From NCBI GenBank assembly GCA_034670305.1, contig JAXMNT010000008.1, positions 32,001 through 96,000 on the forward strand: DNA of 64,000 nucleotides, written 5' to 3'. This stretch comes from Deltaproteobacteria bacterium. GTDB taxonomy: Bacteria; Myxococcota_A; Polyangia; Polyangiales; Houyiibacteriaceae. Below are positions 41,784-52,924 of this stretch, piece after piece. Within the stretch, counting starts at the first letter, position 1, and every line of letters starts with the position of its first letter. A program made the position numbers and the translations under genes. The notes beneath the pieces were generated by a model that was not told the origin of the DNA, made no database searches, and saw only the letters and a list, made by a program, of their open reading frames with translations.

Positions 41784-43214
41784 TCAGCCGGCGTCGACCA
41801 ACAGGTTCGCGGGGAACACGACGCTGAACACGGATCCGGCCCCGACCTCCGATGTGGCGCACAGCTCGACGCCCAGATGCTCGCAGAAGGCCTGGGAGAG
41901 CGAGAGGCCGAGGCCGGTGCCGCCGAACTGGCGGCTCGTCGACGGATCGGCTTGGGTGAACGCTTCGAAGATGGACGCGAGCCGATGTTCCGGGATGCCG
42001 ATGCCGGTGTCTTCGACATCGATTCGGGCGCCGGCATCGTCGTGGCGAACCACGACTTGAACCCTGCCCTCGGAGGTGAACTTGAGCGCGTTGCCGATCA
42101 GATTGAGCAACACCTGCCGCAACCGCGCCCCGTCCGTCCGCGCGGTGACCGGTTGTTCGGTGACGGCGCGAAACTCCAAGCCCCCCGAAGCACCGCGCAG
42201 GGATCCGACCACGTCCGCCACCAACGCTTCGAGGTCGACCGGCTCGAGCACGAGCTCCATGTGGCCCGCCTCGATCTTGGAAAGATCGAGGATGTCGTTG
42301 ATCACGTGGAGCAAGTGCAGGCCGTTGTCTCGAATCCGACCGAGGTAGTTCGCTTCCTTCGAGTCGGGCGGCACTGCGCGCATCAGGATCCGCGAGAACC
42401 CGATGACCGAGTTCAGCGGCGTGCGCAGCTCGTGGCTCATGGTGGCGAGGAACGTGCTCTTCGCTCGGCTCGCGCTCTCGGCTTCTTCCTTCGCGGCACG
42501 CAGCGCCGCCTCGGTCGCCCTCTCCTCGGTGACGTCCCGCGCCAACGCCATGAACACCTGGCGCTCATGATCGATCGTCGCGGTCCAGCGAAGCCAACGC
42601 CACGAACCGTCTTTGCTGCGCCATCGGTTCTCGAACCCGATCGTCACGTGGGCACCAGTGGTCAGTTTCGACGTCTCGAGATCGGTGGCTTCCAGATCAT
42701 CCGGATGCACGAACTCGATGAAGGGCCTCGCGCGCAGCTCCTCGCGAGACCATCCCAGCACCTCCGTCCAGGCGGGGTTCAGCTGCTTGAAGTACCCATC
42801 GAAGCTCGCGGTGCAGAGCAACTCCAGCGACAGATCGAAGAAGCGCTGCAAGTGCAGGGCCTCGTGCACCTTCGTCTCGTCGATCTCCTGGGACGCGTCG
42901 ATCTCCATCGACGGGGTGTCCGCCTTGGTCGACTCGATCACCCGTTCGAGTTCGTCGAGCAGGTCCTTGGCGGCTGATGGGAGTTGGTCGGAGGGGGCCA
43001 ACTCGAGGGCACCACCGAGTTCGGTCAGCTCCGGAAAGCCAAAGCTCGTCCCGGTGCCCTTCAGTTGGTGCCCGATCGATCGGAGCTCCGCTTCTCCACT
43101 CGAGTCCCCGCCAAGCAACGTGTCCACCGCGGCCTGGATCTCGACCACCCGTTCAGGAAGCCGTTCGACGTACATGCCCCGCAGCCGCGCTCGAACCTGT
43201 TCGAGTTTGCCCAC
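41784..43214 (-). CDS. Sensor histidine kinase with Hpt-PAS-HisKA-HATPase domains
   Basis: GHQLKGTG (Hpt), FVHPDD PAS, MSHELRTPL, NALKFT, DTGIG, GGTGLGL. Confidence 0.93.
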   Translation of the reverse strand: MGKLEQVRARLRGMYVERLPERVVEIQAAVDTLLGGDSSGEAELRSIGHQLKGTGTSFGFPELTELGGALELAPSDQLPSAAKDLLDELERVIESTKADTPSMEIDASQEIDETKVHEALHLQRFFDLSLELLCTASFDGYFKQLNPAWTEVLGWSREELRARPFIEFVHPDDLEATDLETSKLTTGAHVTIGFENRWRSKDGSWRWLRWTATIDHERQVFMALARDVTEERATEAALRAAKEEAESASRAKSTFLATMSHELRTPLNSVIGFSRILMRAVPPDSKEANYLGRIRDNGLHLLHVINDILDLSKIEAGHMELVLEPVDLEALVADVVGSLRGASGGLEFRAVTEQPVTARTDGARLRQVLLNLIGNALKFTSEGRVQVVVRHDDAGARIDVEDTGIGIPEHRLASIFEAFTQADPSTSRQFGGTGLGLSLSQAFCEHLGVELCATSEVGAGSVFSVVFPANLLVDAG

Positions 43215-43217
43215 GTT

Positions 43218-43595
43218 TCAGTCGCGCGCCAGAAGCGTCTTGAGCGTCTCGAACAAGACGTCCTCGTCGACGATGGGCTTCGAGATGTATCCGTCGAACC
43301 CCTCTGCCAGATACCGCTCTCGATCGCCCATCATCGCATGGGCCGTCAGGGCGCACACCGGCAGGGTCTGGAGCGCTGGGTCCGCGCGAATGGCGCGCAA
43401 GACTGCGCTGCCGTCCATGCCGGGCAACGAGATGTCGAGCAGTACCAATCGGGCTCCGGAGTCGGCCAGCCCCGCGAGCGCGCTCGTACCGTCCTCGAAC
43501 TCGACGACGTCGTAGTCGTCCTCCAGCAGCGCCACCACGAGCAGCCGGTTGTCGGCATTGTCTTCGACGATCGCGATCGCAGTGCGTTCCGGCAT
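43218..43595 (-). CDS. Single-domain response regulator (DivK-like)
   Basis: VEDN, LLDISLPGMDG, LTAHAM, YISKP. Confidence 0.93.
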   Translation of the reverse strand: MPERTAIAIVEDNADNRLLVVALLEDDYDVVEFEDGTSALAGLADSGARLVLLDISLPGMDGSAVLRAIRADPALQTLPVCALTAHAMMGDRERYLAEGFDGYISKPIVDEDVLFETLKTLLARD

Positions 43596-43662
43596 GCGGG
43601 CACCCTACCATCCGGGCGGAGCGCGCGGGCATCCCCAGAAGCCGGGCCACGCCGTTCGAACG

Positions 43663-44985
43663 TCAGCCGGGCGGGTCTGGCTCGAACCATCTGCGCCATC
43701 CACGCAGGTAGATCCCCAGCGACGCAGTGCGCGCCACGTAGTGCACGTGGAGCGCCAGCCACAGCCCATGGTTCGCCAGCGGCTGCAGAAGCCACCACGC
43801 CGCGAGGAAGATCGCGAGCGAGCCCAACATCGCGGTCCGCATCTCGCGGGTCCGGGTGGCGCCGATGAAGATCCCATCCAGCTGAAAACACCAAACGCCC
43901 ATGAGCGGGGCCATGGCCGCCCACGGCAAGAACCGCCGCGCAACCACCCGCGTCGGCTCACTCAGCGTGAGCACATCCACGAGGTGTCCACCGAACAGGA
44001 AGAGCGCCAAGCTGAGCAGCGCAGCGACCCCGACCGCGACAAGGGTGGTGCGCCAGCAGGCCAACCGAAACGCATCCGGTCGCTTGGCCCCGAGCGCCCG
44101 CCCGACCAAGGACTCCGCGGCGAACGCCAACCCATCGAGGAAGTACGCGCTCGTGTTGATGAACTGCATCAGGACCGCGTTGGCCGCGAGCACGAGGTCG
44201 CCCCGTTCGGCGCCTTTTGCCATGAAGAAGACGAACACCCCCACGAGCGAGAGCGAACGAATGGTGATGTCGCGGTTCACCGCGAAGGTTCGCCGAAGCA
44301 TCGCTGCGTCCAGCAGGTGGGCGCGCACCCATCCACCGCCATCCGCACGAAGCAGGCGCCACGCGACGACGAGCCCGACGCCCGCCGCGATGTACTCCGC
44401 CATGCTCGTGCCGATGCCGACGCCGCGGACACCCCAGTCGAACTCCAAGACGAAGAGCGCATCGAGCGCCATGTTGCTGAGGTTGAGAACCAGCTGGAGC
44501 ACGAGCCCCAGGTCCGTGCGCCCGCGACCGATGAACCACCCGAGCAACGCGTAGTTGACGAGCGTGGCGGGCGCGGACCAGATGCGGGCGTCGAAGTAGG
44601 CGCCGGCGAGTCGCTCCACGTCTTCGGTTGCGTGGAGCAAGTGGAGCGCCAGTGCCCGGATTGGCCACTGAAGCGCAAAGAGGAGCAGGCCGCCGGCGAC
44701 CGCGACCAAGAGCGCCCGCCCGAGCGTCGCGCGGACCTCAGGGGCGTTCTCCGCCCCGACCGCTTGGGCGGTCATGCCGGTGGTCCCCATGCGCAAGAAC
44801 GAGAAGCCCCAGAATACGAAGCTGAAGATCAGCGCCCCGACCGCGACCGCGCCGATGTGCATCGGATCGGGGAGCCGACCGACGACCGCGGTGTCCACGA
44901 GGCCGAGCAAGGGCGTCGAGAGGTTCGACACCATGATCGGCAACGCCAAGCGCAGCACGTCACCGATCGTGGGCGACTTGGACAT
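43663..44985 (-). CDS. MATE family efflux transporter (DinF-like)
   Basis: PLLGLVDTAVVG, FLRMGTTG, DGIFIGAT. Confidence 0.93.
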   Translation of the reverse strand: MSKSPTIGDVLRLALPIMVSNLSTPLLGLVDTAVVGRLPDPMHIGAVAVGALIFSFVFWGFSFLRMGTTGMTAQAVGAENAPEVRATLGRALLVAVAGGLLLFALQWPIRALALHLLHATEDVERLAGAYFDARIWSAPATLVNYALLGWFIGRGRTDLGLVLQLVLNLSNMALDALFVLEFDWGVRGVGIGTSMAEYIAAGVGLVVAWRLLRADGGGWVRAHLLDAAMLRRTFAVNRDITIRSLSLVGVFVFFMAKGAERGDLVLAANAVLMQFINTSAYFLDGLAFAAESLVGRALGAKRPDAFRLACWRTTLVAVGVAALLSLALFLFGGHLVDVLTLSEPTRVVARRFLPWAAMAPLMGVWCFQLDGIFIGATRTREMRTAMLGSLAIFLAAWWLLQPLANHGLWLALHVHYVARTASLGIYLRGWRRWFEPDPPG

Positions 44986-45130
44986 GTCCACGTCGTGCCC
45001 GTTCGAGTGCACCCAGGCAAACCGCGGAGACATAGGCCCGCGCTCCGGATCGCGCTGGGCGCCGTCCTATGGAAGCGGGCCTCGCAGGCGACGGTTGACG
45101 TGCGGTTGGGATCGGGGCGACAACCGAAGC

Positions 45131-45532
45131 ATGTCCATTCTCGATCACCTCACGTTGAACGTCAGCGACTACGGCCGATCCAAGGGCTTTTACGAGGCTG
45201 CCTTGGCAACGTTGGGCGTCAAGGTGCTCACCGAGTACCAGGGCTTCTGCGGCTTCGGCATCACCAAGCCCGACTTCTGGTTGGCGGGTGGACCGTCGAG
45301 CTACCAGACCGCCGAGCAGCTGAGTCCGATCACGCCCGTACACCTGGCGTTCGCGGCGGAGTCCCGCGAGGCGGTCGACGCATTCTACGCAGCGGCGATC
45401 GAAGCGGGCGGCGTGGACCGCGGCGAACCAGGCGCGCGCGGCGAGTACCACGAGCACTACTATGGGGCGTACGTGCTCGACTTCGACGGACACAACATCG
45501 AAGCGGTCTGCCACCTCGCCCCTGCGGAATAA
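45131..45532 (+). CDS. VOC/glyoxalase family protein
   Basis: LDHLTL.V, HLAF, YGAYVLD.DGHNIEAV. Confidence 0.93.
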   Translation: MSILDHLTLNVSDYGRSKGFYEAALATLGVKVLTEYQGFCGFGITKPDFWLAGGPSSYQTAEQLSPITPVHLAFAAESREAVDAFYAAAIEAGGVDRGEPGARGEYHEHYYGAYVLDFDGHNIEAVCHLAPAE

Positions 45533-45612
45533 CTGCGCGTCGAGGCGCGCGCCCAGCACGCAGCGTCCGGCCCACTTCGAAACGTTCTGCCCCCTGACGC
45601 GACCAACCAACC

Positions 45613-46506
45613 GTGACGCTGCCGCGCCGAGATTTCCTCCGCACCCTCGGCCTCGCGGCCGCAGCGTTCGGATGTGGGCGGCGTCGCGGTGAACCCGAGC
45701 CCAACCCCCAAGGAACCCGCGCGATGACCCGAGCCCCCGTCCTGTTCGTGGGACACGGCAGTCCCATGAACGCCATCACCGACAACCGCTGGAGCCGGGG
45801 GTTCGCATCGTTGACCGAAGCGCTGCCCACCCCGACCGCGGTGCTCGCCATCTCCGCCCACTGGTACATCGACGGCACCTGGGTGCTGGCCAGCGCGCAG
45901 CCCCGGACCATCCACGACTTCGGCGGCTTCCCGCAGGCGCTCTTCGAAGTGCAGTACCCAGCCCCCGGCACGCCGGACGTCGCCGCCCGGGTGCGCACCT
46001 TGCTCGCAGATCACGCACCCACCCTCGACGAGACGTGGGGGCTCGACCACGGCACGTGGAGCGTGCTTCGGTGGATGTACCCGGAGGCCAACGTTCCCGT
46101 GCTGCAGCTCTCGATCGATCGACGGCTGAGCCACCCGCAACATCTCGAGATCGGTCGGGCGCTCGCACCGCTGCGCGACGAAGGCGTCTTGATCGTCGGG
46201 AGCGGCAACATCACCCACAACCTGCGCCACGCCATGGGTCAGATGCGCGCGCCGCAACCGGAACAGCCCGCGTGGGCCCGTACGTTCGATGTGGACGTCG
46301 CGCGCGCGGTGCAGCAACACGACGGCCGGGCGCTCGCCGCGGTGTGGCCCGACGGCGACCACGCGCGGCTCGCCCATCCGACGCCCGATCACTACATCCC
46401 GCTGCTCTACGCGCAGGGTGCGAGTTCGACCGACGACGTCGTGACGTTTCCGATCGAGGGGTTCGATCTCGGGTCGCTCTCGATGCGCGCGATCCGCTGG
46501 GGCTGA
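45613..46506 (+). CDS. ygiD: DODA-type extradiol dioxygenase (YgiD-like), possibly with a Tat/lipoprotein leader
   Basis: [48 protein letters not shown]; alternative ATG at 45724. Confidence 0.88.
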   Translation: MTLPRRDFLRTLGLAAAAFGCGRRRGEPEPNPQGTRAMTRAPVLFVGHGSPMNAITDNRWSRGFASLTEALPTPTAVLAISAHWYIDGTWVLASAQPRTIHDFGGFPQALFEVQYPAPGTPDVAARVRTLLADHAPTLDETWGLDHGTWSVLRWMYPEANVPVLQLSIDRRLSHPQHLEIGRALAPLRDEGVLIVGSGNITHNLRHAMGQMRAPQPEQPAWARTFDVDVARAVQQHDGRALAAVWPDGDHARLAHPTPDHYIPLLYAQGASSTDDVVTFPIEGFDLGSLSMRAIRWG

Positions 46507-46770
46507 CGGAAGCGGAAAGCGGAAGCGGAAGCGGAAGCGGTTGCGGAAGCGGAAGCGGAAGCGGTTGCGGAAGCGGAAGCGGAAGCCGAATCCGATGCCC
46601 AAGCCGAAGCCGAAGCCGAAGCCGAAGCCGAAGCCGAAGCCGATGCCGAAGCCGAAGCCGAAGCCGAATCCGAAGCTGAATCCGAATCCGAAGCCGAATC
46701 CGAAGCCGAAGCCGAAGCCGATCCCGAAGCCGATGCCGAATCCGATCCCGAGGCCGACTCCGAAGCCGAT
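46507..46770. repeat. Hexamer tract (GCGGAA)n then (KCCGAA)n
   Basis: Starts at the first base after the TGA stop, between convergent genes. Confidence 0.95.
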
Positions 46771-46795
46771 CGCCCCGGTTCCCGAACTCTCCGGG

Positions 46796-47773
46796 CTACT
46801 CGGTGTCCACCGGGCACTCGCCTTCGCCGTTGAGGTGGCCTTGGGTGCGGAGCTGGGTGCGGACGTAGGACCACAGATCGTCCATGGGTTCGGGGGTGGT
46901 TTCGCCGGGCAGGTTCGGGAGCGGGGGGGCGCCGCCGAGTTCGTAGCGACCGTCGAACTCCACGACGTCTTCGAGTGCGATGCGTTCGAGTTCGGCGCGC
47001 GTGACTTCGCCGTTCAGATCGAGATCCGCGTCCGCGAGCCACTGGGCCAGGCGCACGACGCCGCCCTCTTCGCCTTCGGGAAATCCGTTGAAGAAGAGGT
47101 GGTCGCCATGAATGGTCAACGACGCGAGCGCGCCCCCCTGAGTGAGCGCGACGCCCGAAGGGCCGTTCTCGGACTGGCACGGCCCATAAGCAGCGGGTGC
47201 GGAGGCGCACCACCGGAAGCTGACGGCAGGCGCCGGGAAACATCCGTCGGCGTCGGGCGTTCGGCCAGCCGGAACGTCGGCGAGCGTGGAGGGACAGCTG
47301 CGGCCATCGGCGCGGGTGATGGCACCAGAGACGAGGTAGGTGCAGTCACCGGCCACCATCTCCTCGAAGTCGACCGCGTCGAGATCGACGTTGGTCGCTT
47401 CGCGCGCGCTGCCTTGGCGGTACCGGATCTCGTACCGGCCCGCGGGGGTGTCGCCGATGCGACCGAGGGACGCGCCACTCGGCGCGATGCCCGCCAAGTC
47501 GATGGCGACCTGCCCTGGCAGCCCCGCTTGGACCGTGTCGTCGGTCGCGAGCTGCAACTCGACGTCGCCGAGCACCGCCGCGTACCGATCGAAGGTGGCC
47601 GTCCAACCGTCCTGCATGTCGTCCGGCCCAGCGCCGGCTTCGATGCCGGAGACGATCGTGTCTTCGGCTTCGATGAACACGTCGATCGAACCACTTGGGC
47701 TGGTGCACGCGAACACGCACGCGAGTGCGATGACGACGAAGGAGCGGGCAGGGTTCAAGGACAACATCTTCAT
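46796..47773 (-). CDS. Hypothetical lipoprotein, third gene of the TonB-receptor operon
   Basis: VFAC lipobox; [27 protein letters not shown]. Confidence 0.8.
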   Translation of the reverse strand: MKMLSLNPARSFVVIALACVFACTSPSGSIDVFIEAEDTIVSGIEAGAGPDDMQDGWTATFDRYAAVLGDVELQLATDDTVQAGLPGQVAIDLAGIAPSGASLGRIGDTPAGRYEIRYRQGSAREATNVDLDAVDFEEMVAGDCTYLVSGAITRADGRSCPSTLADVPAGRTPDADGCFPAPAVSFRWCASAPAAYGPCQSENGPSGVALTQGGALASLTIHGDHLFFNGFPEGEEGGVVRLAQWLADADLDLNGEVTRAELERIALEDVVEFDGRYELGGAPPLPNLPGETTPEPMDDLWSYVRTQLRTQGHLNGEGECPVDTE

Positions 47774-47785
47774 GGCTTTCTGTTT

Positions 47786-48568
47786 CTAATCGTTCCAGGA
47801 GAGACGGGGCTGGGCCCGTGTGGTGAGCGCGGTCACGACCGCGCGGGTGGCTTGGCTGTCCTCGGCGAAGACCGCGGTCTCGCCAGGGGTGGTGGCGTCG
47901 AAGAGCGCGTCGAACTGCACGGTCGAGACCCACGCCCGCGGATCGATCGACACGCGCAAGGTGTCGCCGGCTTCGATGTCGTGATCGAAGAGTCGGGACG
48001 CGCGCACCACCACCACCCCCGGGCCGGCGGGTTCGAGGATCAAGCTCGCTCGAAAAGGGAGCACCCGCTCGCCTGCGTCCGATGGCCGGCGCGCGACGCC
48101 CTCGAGCACGACCGAACCGTCCGCCGCCGCCTCGTCCACCACGGGCTCGGTCGAGGTCAGCGGCCACCGCACACCGTAGTTCCACATCGCAGACCGCACC
48201 GTGGTCGCGAGCGCGGAGATCTCGGCGACCTCTCGCGGCGCCGGGTCGAGTCCGTCGATCCGAACCGGTTCGAGCACCTCGGCGCGCGCTTCTTCGCACA
48301 GGTCGCCGGCCTGTACGCCGGGGCAGAGCGTGAGCCCCCCGAACGCGAGCTCGGCGCGGTCGAGTTCGATCGTCCAGCCGTCCCGCCCGGCGAATGATTC
48401 GCTGGCGTCGACGCCCTGCACGACCAGGCGCGCAGGCACGCGCCCCGCACCGGTGTCCACGCACCCCAACATCCACAGACACGCGGCGCACCAAAGAGCC
48501 GTGCCCAGGGCGCGGGCGCAGAGGCGCCACGAAGCGAGCCAGTGTGCTGACGGGAAACAACCGGTCAC
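47786..48568 (-). CDS. Hypothetical lipoprotein, second gene of the TonB-receptor operon
   Basis: GTGA overlap with the receptor stop; MLGC lipobox; DGWTIEL, LCPG..AG.LC. Confidence 0.7.
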   Translation of the reverse strand: MTGCFPSAHWLASWRLCARALGTALWCAACLWMLGCVDTGAGRVPARLVVQGVDASESFAGRDGWTIELDRAELAFGGLTLCPGVQAGDLCEEARAEVLEPVRIDGLDPAPREVAEISALATTVRSAMWNYGVRWPLTSTEPVVDEAAADGSVVLEGVARRPSDAGERVLPFRASLILEPAGPGVVVVRASRLFDHDIEAGDTLRVSIDPRAWVSTVQFDALFDATTPGETAVFAEDSQATRAVVTALTTRAQPRLSWND

Positions 48569-51078
48569 AGCTGCAACTCCAGCGAGAAGAGGAACGTGCG
48601 CGGTGCGCCGGCGCTCGAGTGCCGGGCTGGCAACCGCGAGCGCGGTGCGTCGGGATCCCAGTGCGACGCGAAGTTGAACTCCGTCGCTGCGTACTCGGCG
48701 CCGAAGACGTTCTGGACTTGCGCGCCGAGCTCGACCGAACGCCAGGCGATCGAGGCCGAGAGATCGAGGAGTGCGACCGGCGCCGAGAACTCCCCGTGGG
48801 GCAACGGCCGCGCCGAGAGCTGCGTGAACCCGATGCCGGCCCGGCCGCGCACCAGGTGGCGCTGCACTTTGCCGAGGTCGCCTTGGGCGGCGAGATCGAG
48901 GCGAAACAGCCACGGCGGCACGTAGGGCAGGTTCTGTCCGGCCTCGAACGCGGGCTCTGGGTCCATCGCGTCGCCGGGCGGCGGCTCCAAGAGCTCCGCA
49001 TCGACGAAGGTCAGACTCGCGGCCGCGGTCAACCAGCTCGGCGTGCGCAGTTTGGCGAACAAGGTCGCGCCGAGCCGCCGGGTCGCGCCGACCCGTTCCA
49101 GCCGGCCTTCGCGCGGTTCGAAGGCGACGTCGTCCGCGAGGTGCGTGAAGAAGCCGACCGCGCGCAGTTCGAGCCACTCGTCGGCCACCAACCCCAAGCC
49201 GAGATCGGCCGAACGGACTTTGGTGAACGGGGCGCGCTCCCCGTCGTCGAGGGTGCGTGCTTGCGGGGATCGAAACCCTTCGCCGTAGGACGCAAAGAAC
49301 GAGAGCGCATCGGTGGGTCGCACCACGAGGCTCGTGCGCGGGCCGGCGGCCACGCCGAATGCGGTGCGGCGGTGTCCGACGAGGGTGGTCGGTTCTCGAA
49401 ACGCAGGCACCCGGTTGCCGAGTCGATCGTCGACCTCGTAGAAGAGCACGTCCGCGCGCGCGCCGACCCGAAGCGTGAGCCACCGATCCACATCGAGGTC
49501 GAGGTCGCCATACAGACCGATGTCGGTTGCACGGATGTCCGCGTCCACCCGCTCGTCCCAGACTTCGTTCTGCGGCGCCTGGAGCAGCGATTGATCCTGC
49601 TCAATCGAATCCACCCGCGTCTGCAGGCCGACCTCGACCCGCGCATCCAGCCAGCGGGTGGGTTCGTACGCGCGGGTCCGGTGACTGGCGGATGCACCGA
49701 GGGAGACGGTGCGGTTGCGCTGTTCGATGAGGTCCCCGCGGCCAACCCACGCGGGCTCCACCGTCGAACGTTCGACGAACCCAGTGAAGTTCTGCTGAAC
49801 TCGAAACTGGTCGTACTGGCCGAAGACCGAGAACGAGGTGTTGCTCCCGTCTGCCGCTCGGTGCGTCGCACTGGCAAGCAATGCGAACCGCCCGGCCGCC
49901 GCGTTCTGGTTCTGCGCGGTCGCGAGATCGTAGCTCTCGTAGAAGCCCACCCGGCCGGCCTGTACGTCGTCGCGCCGCACCACACCGGCGAGTCCTGCAC
50001 GCACCCCGTGGGCGAGACCGGTCAAGCGCACATGCCACGCCCCGGTTCGGAACCCGTGCTGCACGATCGCGGAGGCGCCGAGGCTGCCGCGGTTGTCGCC
50101 GAACCCATTGCTGCGTCGCACCTGCACCGCGCCGAAGGTCTCGTTCGAGAGGCCGCGCGGCGCGAAAATCGCGAGCTGACGGAACGCGCCGAAGGAACCG
50201 TACGACGTGCGGGAGAGGAGCCCGCGCCGTTCGATCCCGAGCGAGAGTTCGATCGACCCAGCCACCGCGAAGTCGCCCTGCTCTGGATCGGTGACGCCTT
50301 CGGTCACCCGCATCGAACGCACGACCTCCGGAATCAGCCAACCGAGATCCGCATACCCCTGACCGTGAATGTGCGAGGGCATGTTCAGCGGCATCGAGTC
50401 CAGCCGCAGCGCGAGATCCTGACCATGCTCCGCGTCGAACCCGCGCAGCGAGATCCGGTGGCCGACCGCGTCGCCTTCGGTGCGCGTCAGAAAGAGCCCC
50501 GGCGCCGCCCGCAGGATGTCGGCTCCTTCGGAGACCGGTGTCGCGATGAGGTCCGCCCCCTCGAACTCGAACGAACCGCCGCCACGCTCCCCGTCTCGCG
50601 CCGGCACGACCTCGACCACCGCCGCCGCTCCGAAGCCCTCGAGCTCCTCCAACCCCTCGAGGTCCCACTCGGCCTGCCCAACGTCACCATCGGAAGCGGA
50701 CTCGGAAGCGGAAGCGGACTCGGAAGCGGAACCGGACTCGGAAGCGGAAGCAGACTCGGACTCGGAAGCGGACTCGGAAGCGGACTCGGAAGCGGACTCG
50801 GACTCGGAAGCGGAAGCGGAAGCGGCATCGGCGTCGGCTTCGGCGTCGGCATCGGCTTCGGCTTCGGCATCGGCTTCGGCTTCGGCGTCGGCTTCGGCTT
50901 CGGCTTCGGCTTCGGCTTCGGCTTCGGCATCGGCCTCAGAACCGACGCCCGCATCTCCGACGCCCGCATCTCCGACGCCCGCATCTCCGACGCCGGCATC
51001 CTGCGCGCCTGCGATCGGACCCCAAGCCAGCGCTCCAACGAGCACCACGCCCCATGCAACTGTCCGCCACCGACACAC
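48565..51078 (-). CDS. TonB-dependent receptor
   Basis: Signal peptide; plug with [29 protein letters not shown]; barrel ending [12 protein letters not shown]. Confidence 0.9.
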   Translation of the reverse strand: MCRWRTVAWGVVLVGALAWGPIAGAQDAGVGDAGVGDAGVGDAGVGSEADAEAEAEAEAEAEADAEAEADAEAEADADAEADADAASASASESESASESASESASESESASASESGSASESASASESASDGDVGQAEWDLEGLEELEGFGAAAVVEVVPARDGERGGGSFEFEGADLIATPVSEGADILRAAPGLFLTRTEGDAVGHRISLRGFDAEHGQDLALRLDSMPLNMPSHIHGQGYADLGWLIPEVVRSMRVTEGVTDPEQGDFAVAGSIELSLGIERRGLLSRTSYGSFGAFRQLAIFAPRGLSNETFGAVQVRRSNGFGDNRGSLGASAIVQHGFRTGAWHVRLTGLAHGVRAGLAGVVRRDDVQAGRVGFYESYDLATAQNQNAAAGRFALLASATHRAADGSNTSFSVFGQYDQFRVQQNFTGFVERSTVEPAWVGRGDLIEQRNRTVSLGASASHRTRAYEPTRWLDARVEVGLQTRVDSIEQDQSLLQAPQNEVWDERVDADIRATDIGLYGDLDLDVDRWLTLRVGARADVLFYEVDDRLGNRVPAFREPTTLVGHRRTAFGVAAGPRTSLVVRPTDALSFFASYGEGFRSPQARTLDDGERAPFTKVRSADLGLGLVADEWLELRAVGFFTHLADDVAFEPREGRLERVGATRRLGATLFAKLRTPSWLTAAASLTFVDAELLEPPPGDAMDPEPAFEAGQNLPYVPPWLFRLDLAAQGDLGKVQRHLVRGRAGIGFTQLSARPLPHGEFSAPVALLDLSASIAWRSVELGAQVQNVFGAEYAATEFNFASHWDPDAPRSRLPARHSSAGAPRTFLFSLELQL
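50690..51001. repeat. Intragenic hexamer tract (CGG-NNN)n plus three to four 15-mers (DAGVG)
   Basis: Encodes [14 protein letters not shown] and DAGVG repeats after the signal peptide. Confidence 0.95.
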
Positions 51079-51106
51079 CAGGACCCGGAACTAGCAAACC
51101 CATCGC

Positions 51107-51129
51107 TTGTTGCAACTCAATTGCAACAA
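51107..51129. promoter_or_regulatory. Zur/Fur-family-like box TTGTTGCAA-CTCAA-TTGCAACAA
   Basis: Perfect 9-5-9 inverted repeat ~30 nt upstream of the receptor; core resembles the delta-proteobacterial Zur motif TGCAAC-N3-GTTGCA. Confidence 0.7.
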
Positions 51130-51208
51130 CGCTTCCACGCTTCAACGATCGAACGGACGTGGAAGCGTTCCGCAAGCGCCGTCCGCGCGTCCTGATAGGG
51201 TCCTTGCC

Positions 51209-52204
51209 GTGCGCGCGCGGCTCCTATTCCTCGTCCTGGTGCTGGGCCTCTCCGGCGCGGCCGCATTCTACTTCTTGCGACCGCTGACGCTTCGCGAAGA
51301 CCCCCTTCAGAACGCGCCGAGTGGAACGAGCGCCCTGCTCTCGGTCGACGTGGCGGCGGTATGGAACAGCGCGCTGTGGCGCACGTTCGTCACCGAGCGC
51401 GGAGGCGACGCACGGTTTCGGGCGCTGCAGGAGCGCTGCGGCATCGACCCCACCGAACAGGTCGAGCGGCTCGTCGCGTTCGTGGGAGGAGACACCCCAC
51501 GCAACCTCGACGCGGTCACCGTGATCGCCCAGGGCCCGTTCGACCACGACCGTCTCGGCGAGTGCATGCGCGACGTGGTCGAAGAAGGCGGCGGCACCTT
51601 GCGCGAAGTCGAACTCGACGGGGTCCCCGCCGTGGCCGGTGGACGGGGCGACTCGCGGATCGCGTTTCTCGGAACGACCGGCGCCGTCTTCGGACAGGAG
51701 CCCGCGGTCCGTCGCGTCATCGCCACCCTTCAGGGCGAGCGCAGCGACCTGCGCACCGAACAACCGGCACTCGCCGCACTCTGGGATCACGTCGCGGAGG
51801 GAAGCGAGGTGGGCTTCGCCGCCAACCTTCCGGAGACGTGGCGCGCCGCGATCCGGCGTCGCATGTCGCGCGAGACGAGAGGCATCGCGGCCGGGCTCTT
51901 GACGGAGCTCTCCGCACTCGGCGCGGGGGCCCGTGTGAGCCGCGGGCTCGCTCTTGGGCTGGTGTTCGAGTTCGAGACCGAGGAGCGCGCCGTCGATGCC
52001 GGCGTGCGGGTGGAAGCCGAGCGGGCCCAGCTGCTCGACCAACCACTGCTCGGTTTGAGTGCTGCCGGCGCCGCGCTGCGGCTCGTCCGCGTCGAAGCAG
52101 CCGACCGCCGTTTGACGGTCGCAGTCGACCTCGATCAACGGCGGGTCGATGGGCTGCTCGAGCTGTGGACCGAGATGCAGCAAGCTCGACGAAGCGAAGA
52201 GTGA
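51209..52204 (+). CDS. Hypothetical exported protein
   Basis: N-terminal hydrophobic anchor, CGIDP motif, typical codon usage. Confidence 0.75.
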   Translation: MRARLLFLVLVLGLSGAAAFYFLRPLTLREDPLQNAPSGTSALLSVDVAAVWNSALWRTFVTERGGDARFRALQERCGIDPTEQVERLVAFVGGDTPRNLDAVTVIAQGPFDHDRLGECMRDVVEEGGGTLREVELDGVPAVAGGRGDSRIAFLGTTGAVFGQEPAVRRVIATLQGERSDLRTEQPALAALWDHVAEGSEVGFAANLPETWRAAIRRRMSRETRGIAAGLLTELSALGAGARVSRGLALGLVFEFETEERAVDAGVRVEAERAQLLDQPLLGLSAAGAALRLVRVEAADRRLTVAVDLDQRRVDGLLELWTEMQQARRSEE

Positions 52205-52402
52205 GAGGCGCGCGGCGCGGGATACGAAGCACGAATCCTCTGTGTTTCAGGGGTGAACGTCATCCGCCCAATTGACTTGATGGGGTTTCGGTGCCGTGGG
52301 AAAATTGGCGCCTCGGCTGGCGTCCGCGTCGGGTGTCCGCTGGGGGGCGGAACCACCGGAGTTCGGTGGGGTGCCCTGCAACGTTTGATCGAGAGAGTAG
52401 CG

Positions 52403-52657
52403 ATGAGTAAGAAACTGTTCGTGGGCGGACTGGCGTGGGCGACAACAGACGAGAGTCTGCGCGAGGCGTTTGAGTCGTTCGGAGAAGTGACCGAAGCCAA
52501 GGTGATCACCGACCGGGAAACCGGTCGTTCGCGAGGGTTCGGGTTCGTGACCTTCACCGACGATGGGGCCGCCCGAGAGGCGATGGATGGGATGGATGGA
52601 GCCAGCCTGGATGGCCGCTCCATCCGAGTGAACGAGGCCCAGGAACGCCGCCGCTGA
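52403..52657 (+). CDS. RRM RNA-binding protein
   Basis: KLFVGGL (RNP2), RGFGFVTF (RNP1), [11 protein letters not shown]. Confidence 0.95.
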   Translation: MSKKLFVGGLAWATTDESLREAFESFGEVTEAKVITDRETGRSRGFGFVTFTDDGAAREAMDGMDGASLDGRSIRVNEAQERRR

Positions 52658-52703
52658 ACCAACGGGCGCCAACGAACCGGATGCTGAAGAGGCATCGCAC
52701 CGA

Positions 52704-52735
52704 GAGAGCCGACCCACCCGGTCGGCTCTCTTGGT
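52704..52735 (+). terminator. Hairpin after the RRM gene
   Basis: GAGAGCCGACC-caccc-GGTCGGCTCTC 11-bp stem. Confidence 0.65.
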
Positions 52736-52924
52736 TCCGTCCCACGGATGGTCCCAACCATCTTCATTCGTCGAGAAGCGCGTCCGCGGTGTGTTCTCGC
52801 GCAGCCCGGATCGGAGGACTTCGGCAAACGCTTGTTCGAGCGCGGGGTCGGCGACGACCTCCGAGAGTTCTTCGACTCGGACGCGATCCTACGCGCAGCC
52901 CGGCGCGCGTGATAGACACCGGGC

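Noticed and set aside
52277-52305. Possible sigma70 promoter TTGATG-N17-GAAAAT and long 5' UTR of the RRM gene
   Set aside because: Plausible, but the match is too weak to call without TSS data
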